This document shows, in pieces, positions 60,221 through 64,000 of a stretch of DNA of 64,000 nt. The DNA lies in assembly GCA_963762145.1 (NCBI GenBank), contig CAVXJS010000009.1, positions 416,001-480,000 on the forward strand. The letters run 5' to 3'. The notes beneath the pieces are model-generated. The model was not told the origin of the DNA, searched no databases, and was given only the letters and a program-made list of their open reading frames with translations. Origin of the DNA: an uncultured Candidatus Rokubacteria bacterium. Its GTDB lineage: Bacteria > Methylomirabilota > Methylomirabilia > Rokubacteriales > CSP1-6. Within the stretch, counting starts at the first letter, position 1. Each line of letters begins with the position of its first letter. The position numbers and the translations under genes are program-made.

Positions 60221-60296
60221 TGGTAGGCGGGGGGAGGATCGAACTCCCGACCCCGGCCTTGTAAGGGCCGTGCTCTCCCAGCTGAGCTACCCGCCT
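60221..60296 (-). tRNA. tRNA-Val(TAC)
   Basis: AGGCGGG/CCCGCCT acceptor; CGGCC-CTTACAA-GGCCG anticodon arm; GTTCGA T-loop; CCA. Confidence 0.97.
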
Positions 60297-60366
60297 ATCG
60301 TTGGAATATCCGAGGCTTCCACGAAGAAGTCTATCGTCTCCGAATTGATCGTGCGCGGAATTGTGC

Positions 60367-62169
60367 TCACGGACTCTCGGTGCGTCGCCGAGCGCTGCCT
60401 TTGAGGAGCCAGTCGATCGCCGCGGCAGGGTCCGAGGGCTCCGCCTGCGCCTCCACGGCCACTGGCTCGGACCGGCGCACCGGAGCCGGGATCGCGGCGT
60501 GCGTCTCGGGTGCCGCGACGCGGCGCGCCGGAATCGGTTGAGGCATGCGAGCAGGCCGCGGAGGCGCGTCCTGGACGACGACAGGCGTCGCAACGACCGG
60601 CTCGGCGGGCTTGCGGTCAACGGACAGGACCGGATCCCGCCGCATGCCTTCGTCGGGCGAGAGCAGAGCGTCGGGTCGCGGGCGCGGGCCCAGGAACAGG
60701 AGCGATGAGACGATCACGACTCCGCTCACGATCCCGGCGCAGACCCTGGGATGGGCGCGGGCGCCGGCGGGAATGGTCCCGACGAGGTGGCCGACGGCCC
60801 GGGCGGACGAGGCAGCGACCGCGGACATCCGTCCCCCGAACCGGACGAGGACGTCGCGGAGTCGCAGGGCCCCAAGCCAGCAGATCGCAATCACCCGGCC
60901 CGCCGCTCGCACCGATTCTCCGATGAAGCGCGACATCAGCCCGAGGAGCGCGCCGGCCGCCACGGCCGCGGCGCGCGCAGCCCCGTGACAGGCCATCATC
61001 AGCGCCGCGCCGAGCCGGGTCAGCCCGCGCGCCGAGCGCGCGCCGGCGCGTCCGGCGTGCGCGACCAGACGGGGAATGGTCCCGACGAGGCGGGCGACGG
61101 CCCAGCCCGCCGTCCGCACGGCCTTCGCGAGGGAGCGCCACACCAGACCGAGGATCGCGCCAGCCGCCCCGCCCACGGCGCGTCCGGCACCGTGACACGC
61201 GATCATCGCCGCCGAGCCAAGCCGGGTCAGTCCGCGCGCCGAGCGCGCACCGGCGAGTCCGGCGTGCGCGACCAGGCCGGGAATGGTCCCGACGAGGCGG
61301 GCGACGGCCCAGCCCGCCGTCCGCACGGCTTCCGCGAGGGAGCGCCACACCAGGCCGAGGATCGCGCCGGCCGCCCCGCCCACGGCGCGCCCGGCCCCGT
61401 GGCACGCCATCATCGCCGCCGCCCCGAGCCGGGTCAGCCCGCGCGCCGAGCGCGCGCCGGCAAACCGGGCGCGATCGACCAGGCCGGGAATGGTCCCGAC
61501 GAGGTGGCCGCCGGCCCGCGCGAATGGCCCAGCGAGTGACGGCACCCACCCCCCGACACGGACGAGGACGTCGCGGGTTCGCACGACACCGAGCCAGCAG
61601 GTCACCGCCACCCGGCCCGCCGCGCGCACGGTTGCGCCGAGGGATCGCGACACCAGCCCGAGAATCGCGCCGCCCGTCTCACCCGCGGCGCGTACCGCCC
61701 CATGGCAGGCGATCATCGCCGCCGAGCCAAGCCGCCCCGCCAGGCGCGCCGCGCGCACGCAGACGAACCGGACGCCGTCGACCAGGCCGGCGACGGCTCG
61801 AGCGGGTAGCATGACGAGCATCCGCAACCGCGACGCGAGCCAGGAGAGCCCGGCCCACGTGCCCTCGATCCCCCTCACACCCGCTCGCGTGGACACGACC
61901 AGCGAGCTCGATGTGAGCAGGCGGAGCCGGGTCGGCACGCCGAGGACCTGCGTCAGCTCGGTCCGGATGGTCTCACGCGCGGCACGCGCGACGATCGCCA
62001 GGTTGACGGGAGGCGGCTCAACGCTCGGAGGGGCGAGCGTGAACGACGCGCGCTCCGCCCGGCAGTCCGCGCATTGCGCGATGTGGACGTGCGCGAGCGC
62101 CCGTTCGGTCAGACTCGTTCCGTCGCGCGAAGAGACCGAGTGCTGCTCTCGAACCTCGTGGCAGTTCAT
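60367..62169 (-). CDS. zf-HC2 anti-sigma-like protein with internal tandem repeats, TM helix and Pro-rich tail
   Basis: MNCHEVRE..HIAQCADC; four ACHGA units; TM GIVSGVVIVSSLLFL. Confidence 0.7.
   Translation of the reverse strand: MNCHEVREQHSVSSRDGTSLTERALAHVHIAQCADCRAERASFTLAPPSVEPPPVNLAIVARAARETIRTELTQVLGVPTRLRLLTSSSLVVSTRAGVRGIEGTWAGLSWLASRLRMLVMLPARAVAGLVDGVRFVCVRAARLAGRLGSAAMIACHGAVRAAGETGGAILGLVSRSLGATVRAAGRVAVTCWLGVVRTRDVLVRVGGWVPSLAGPFARAGGHLVGTIPGLVDRARFAGARSARGLTRLGAAAMMACHGAGRAVGGAAGAILGLVWRSLAEAVRTAGWAVARLVGTIPGLVAHAGLAGARSARGLTRLGSAAMIACHGAGRAVGGAAGAILGLVWRSLAKAVRTAGWAVARLVGTIPRLVAHAGRAGARSARGLTRLGAALMMACHGAARAAAVAAGALLGLMSRFIGESVRAAGRVIAICWLGALRLRDVLVRFGGRMSAVAASSARAVGHLVGTIPAGARAHPRVCAGIVSGVVIVSSLLFLGPRPRPDALLSPDEGMRRDPVLSVDRKPAEPVVATPVVVQDAPPRPARMPQPIPARRVAAPETHAAIPAPVRRSEPVAVEAQAEPSDPAAAIDWLLKGSARRRTESP
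60771..61740 (-). repeat. In-frame 207-bp tandem repeats
   Basis: GAATGGTCCCGACGAGG at 60771, 61074, 61281 and 61488. Confidence 0.88.
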
Positions 62170-62584
62170 GGCCTGCAATCAGCCTTCGACCTACGGTCAG
62201 TCTTGGGAAGGTTCAACCGAGGGCATCGATGCCCTCTCCCTGTTCGCCGCTCAGCCCTCTCCGTCAGTCGGCGTAAGGTCCGTACCTTACCACGCCTCCG
62301 ATCGGGCCGCCCAGATGTCTGGCGGGAATACCCGGGGGAAGAGCTTACCGGGCAGCATCTGCCCCGCGGGGCCCGGACCTGGCCAGGGGGGACGCCCATT
62401 GGCCCCTCTTGAACGCCTGATAAGACACGCATAGGCCTTGCTCGGGGGTCGGGCTATGGCCAGCCCTGACACCGACGACTACGCCGGCGATCAGCCGCAG
62501 GGGCCCGGACCGGACGACGAGCCGCGGATCAAGCCGCCGGCCCGGCGGCGCCCCCGGCGGCCCGCACGTCAGTAACCGCTCCGG

Positions 62585-63232
62585 CTACTTTCGCTGCTGG
62601 TTGCTCGACAGCGCGGCGGCCACGCCCAGGCCGATGTAGAGGCTTCCCGAGATCCAGCGCTCGCTGGCCAGGAAGCGCGGGCTGCCGCGGAGCCACTGCG
62701 CGGCCGCGCCGGCACCGATCGCGTAGAGCGAGTCCGTGATCGCGCCCAGGAGCACGAAGACCACACCCAGCGCCACGATCTGTTCGCCCACGTGCCCGCG
62801 GGAGACCGTCACGAACTGAGGGAGGAAGGCGAGGAAGAACAGGCCGGTCTTCGGGTTCAGGACATTGACGATCACGCCGTCGAGGAAGGCGCGCCGCAGC
62901 CGCTTGGGCTCGCCGGGCGTGACCGCGCCGAGCGGGGTGCGGTCGAGGAGCCGCCGTACCCCGATGAAGATGAGGTAGGCCGCGCCCAGATACTTGACCA
63001 CGCTGAACGCGGTGGCGGAGGCGGCGAGCACCGCCGAGATGCCGGCGGCCGCCGCGAAGATGTGGGCCAGCGTGCCCACGTGCACGCCCAGCACCGAGAC
63101 TAGGCCCGCGCGCCGGCCCTGATCGATGCTGCGGGTGACGATGTAGAGGACCGCGGGACCGGGCGTCAGCAGCAGCACCAGCGCCGCGATCACGAAGAAC
63201 CCGAGGCTCGACCACTCCGGCAGGACCAGCAT
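62585..63232 (-). CDS. LysE/RhtB family translocator
   Basis: TPGPAV; KYLGAAYL; NVLNPKT..FLPQF. Confidence 0.93.
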   Translation of the reverse strand: MLVLPEWSSLGFFVIAALVLLLTPGPAVLYIVTRSIDQGRRAGLVSVLGVHVGTLAHIFAAAAGISAVLAASATAFSVVKYLGAAYLIFIGVRRLLDRTPLGAVTPGEPKRLRRAFLDGVIVNVLNPKTGLFFLAFLPQFVTVSRGHVGEQIVALGVVFVLLGAITDSLYAIGAGAAAQWLRGSPRFLASERWISGSLYIGLGVAAALSSNQQRK

Positions 63233-64000
63233 CAGCAGCACCCTCCCCGGATGGGGCCGCCCGCGGGCAATGCCCGATCCGGCTCCCAGCCCCACGAGCG
63301 GGGACCCCAGTCGGGCGTGAACACGCGCCCCTTCTTGACGGTGACGAAGGGGACCACCGCGCGGTCCACCCGCAGCCCGGCGCCCAGAACATCGTAGACC
63401 ATCCAGTCGCCGGGACGGATGTCGAGGACCGAGATGTCGGCCTGCCGGCCCACCGCGAGGCTGCCGAGACGGTCATCCACGCCCGCCGCCTTCGCGGGAT
63501 TGGCGGTGCACATCGTCACCACCTGCGGCAGCGTGAAGCCCAGGCCGAGGAAGCGCGTCATCATCTCGGCCATGCTGTGCACGGTCATCACGCGACCGGG
63601 CACCGTGAGATCGGTGCTGATGCAGTGGGGGAGCACGCCCTGCTCGATCACGCGCCGGCCCACGTCGAAGCTGAAGTTCATGCGCCCGTGCGCGGTGTCG
63701 AACCACACGCCGCGGTCGGCCGCCTCTCGGACCTCGGGCACCAGCTTGCCGTTGCCGTCGAGGACCCCGCCCGGATTGGCGGTGAAGTAGTGGGTGAGGA
63801 TGTCGCCCTTCTCGAGAATCGGCAGCAGCGAGCGAATCACCTTGGGGTCGTAGCGCTTCTCGGTGTCGCCGATGTGCACCATGAGCTTGACGCCGCTCTC
63901 CTTGGCCGCCCGCTTGGCCAGCTTCGGCATCTCCATGCCCATGATCTCGAGCGCGGGCGAGACCATGCGCGCCTTGATCCCGCGGATCAGGGACTTGTGC
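63232..64000 (-). CDS. Metal-dependent amidohydrolase/deacetylase (dihydroorotase-like), 5' partial
   Basis: LMVHIG; GDILTH; DTAHG; ISTD; NPAKA; GSLAVGRQAD. Confidence 0.88.
   Translation of the reverse strand, partial: HKSLIRGIKARMVSPALEIMGMEMPKLAKRAAKESGVKLMVHIGDTEKRYDPKVIRSLLPILEKGDILTHYFTANPGGVLDGNGKLVPEVREAADRGVWFDTAHGRMNFSFDVGRRVIEQGVLPHCISTDLTVPGRVMTVHSMAEMMTRFLGLGFTLPQVVTMCTANPAKAAGVDDRLGSLAVGRQADISVLDIRPGDWMVYDVLGAGLRVDRAVVPFVTVKKGRVFTPDWGPRSWGWEPDRALPAGGPIRGGCC

Larger units (their letters stand above)
58416..60265. mobile_element. Collapsed prophage/satellite integrated in tRNA-Val
   Basis: att direct repeats, integrase stub, capsid stub, more AT-rich cargo. Confidence 0.82.

Noticed and set aside
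60771-61740. CRISPR array
   Set aside because: Units are 207-bp in-frame coding repeats without unique spacers, and there are no cas genes

Overview
High-GC bacterial chromosomal window. The gene content (wHTH- and cyclase-STAND ATPases, many small exported proteins, Tat sugar-binding protein) is reminiscent of Candidatus Rokubacteria/Methylomirabilota, but this is an inference. It contains about 60 CDS and two tRNAs (Asp-GTC, Val-TAC). I found no rRNA, CRISPR array or intact transposase. Single-base frameshifts cluster at about 15.3-19.4, 35.4-37.9, 58.0 and 59.7 kb and look like long-read errors. Main items: (1) an ArsC/Spx-like selenoprotein missed by the ORF track (in-frame UGA in a U-x-x-C motif plus a bacterial SECIS-like hairpin); (2) a TetR-controlled 12-kb operon coupling a Liv-type ABC importer, whose ATPase is fused to a Tm-1-like domain, with a TIM-barrel protein, a flotillin and two SRPBCC proteins, led by a 44-aa amidohydrolase relic; (3) a general-stress cluster with sigma54-type promoters and a receiver-ECF sigma2-ChrR cupin fusion; (4) a collapsed 1.8-kb prophage/satellite at tRNA-Val that keeps only integrase and capsid stubs plus a TIR/NDT-like cargo gene; (5) an anti-sigma-like protein with 69-aa tandem repeats; (6) REP-like palindrome families and many apparently leaderless promoters.
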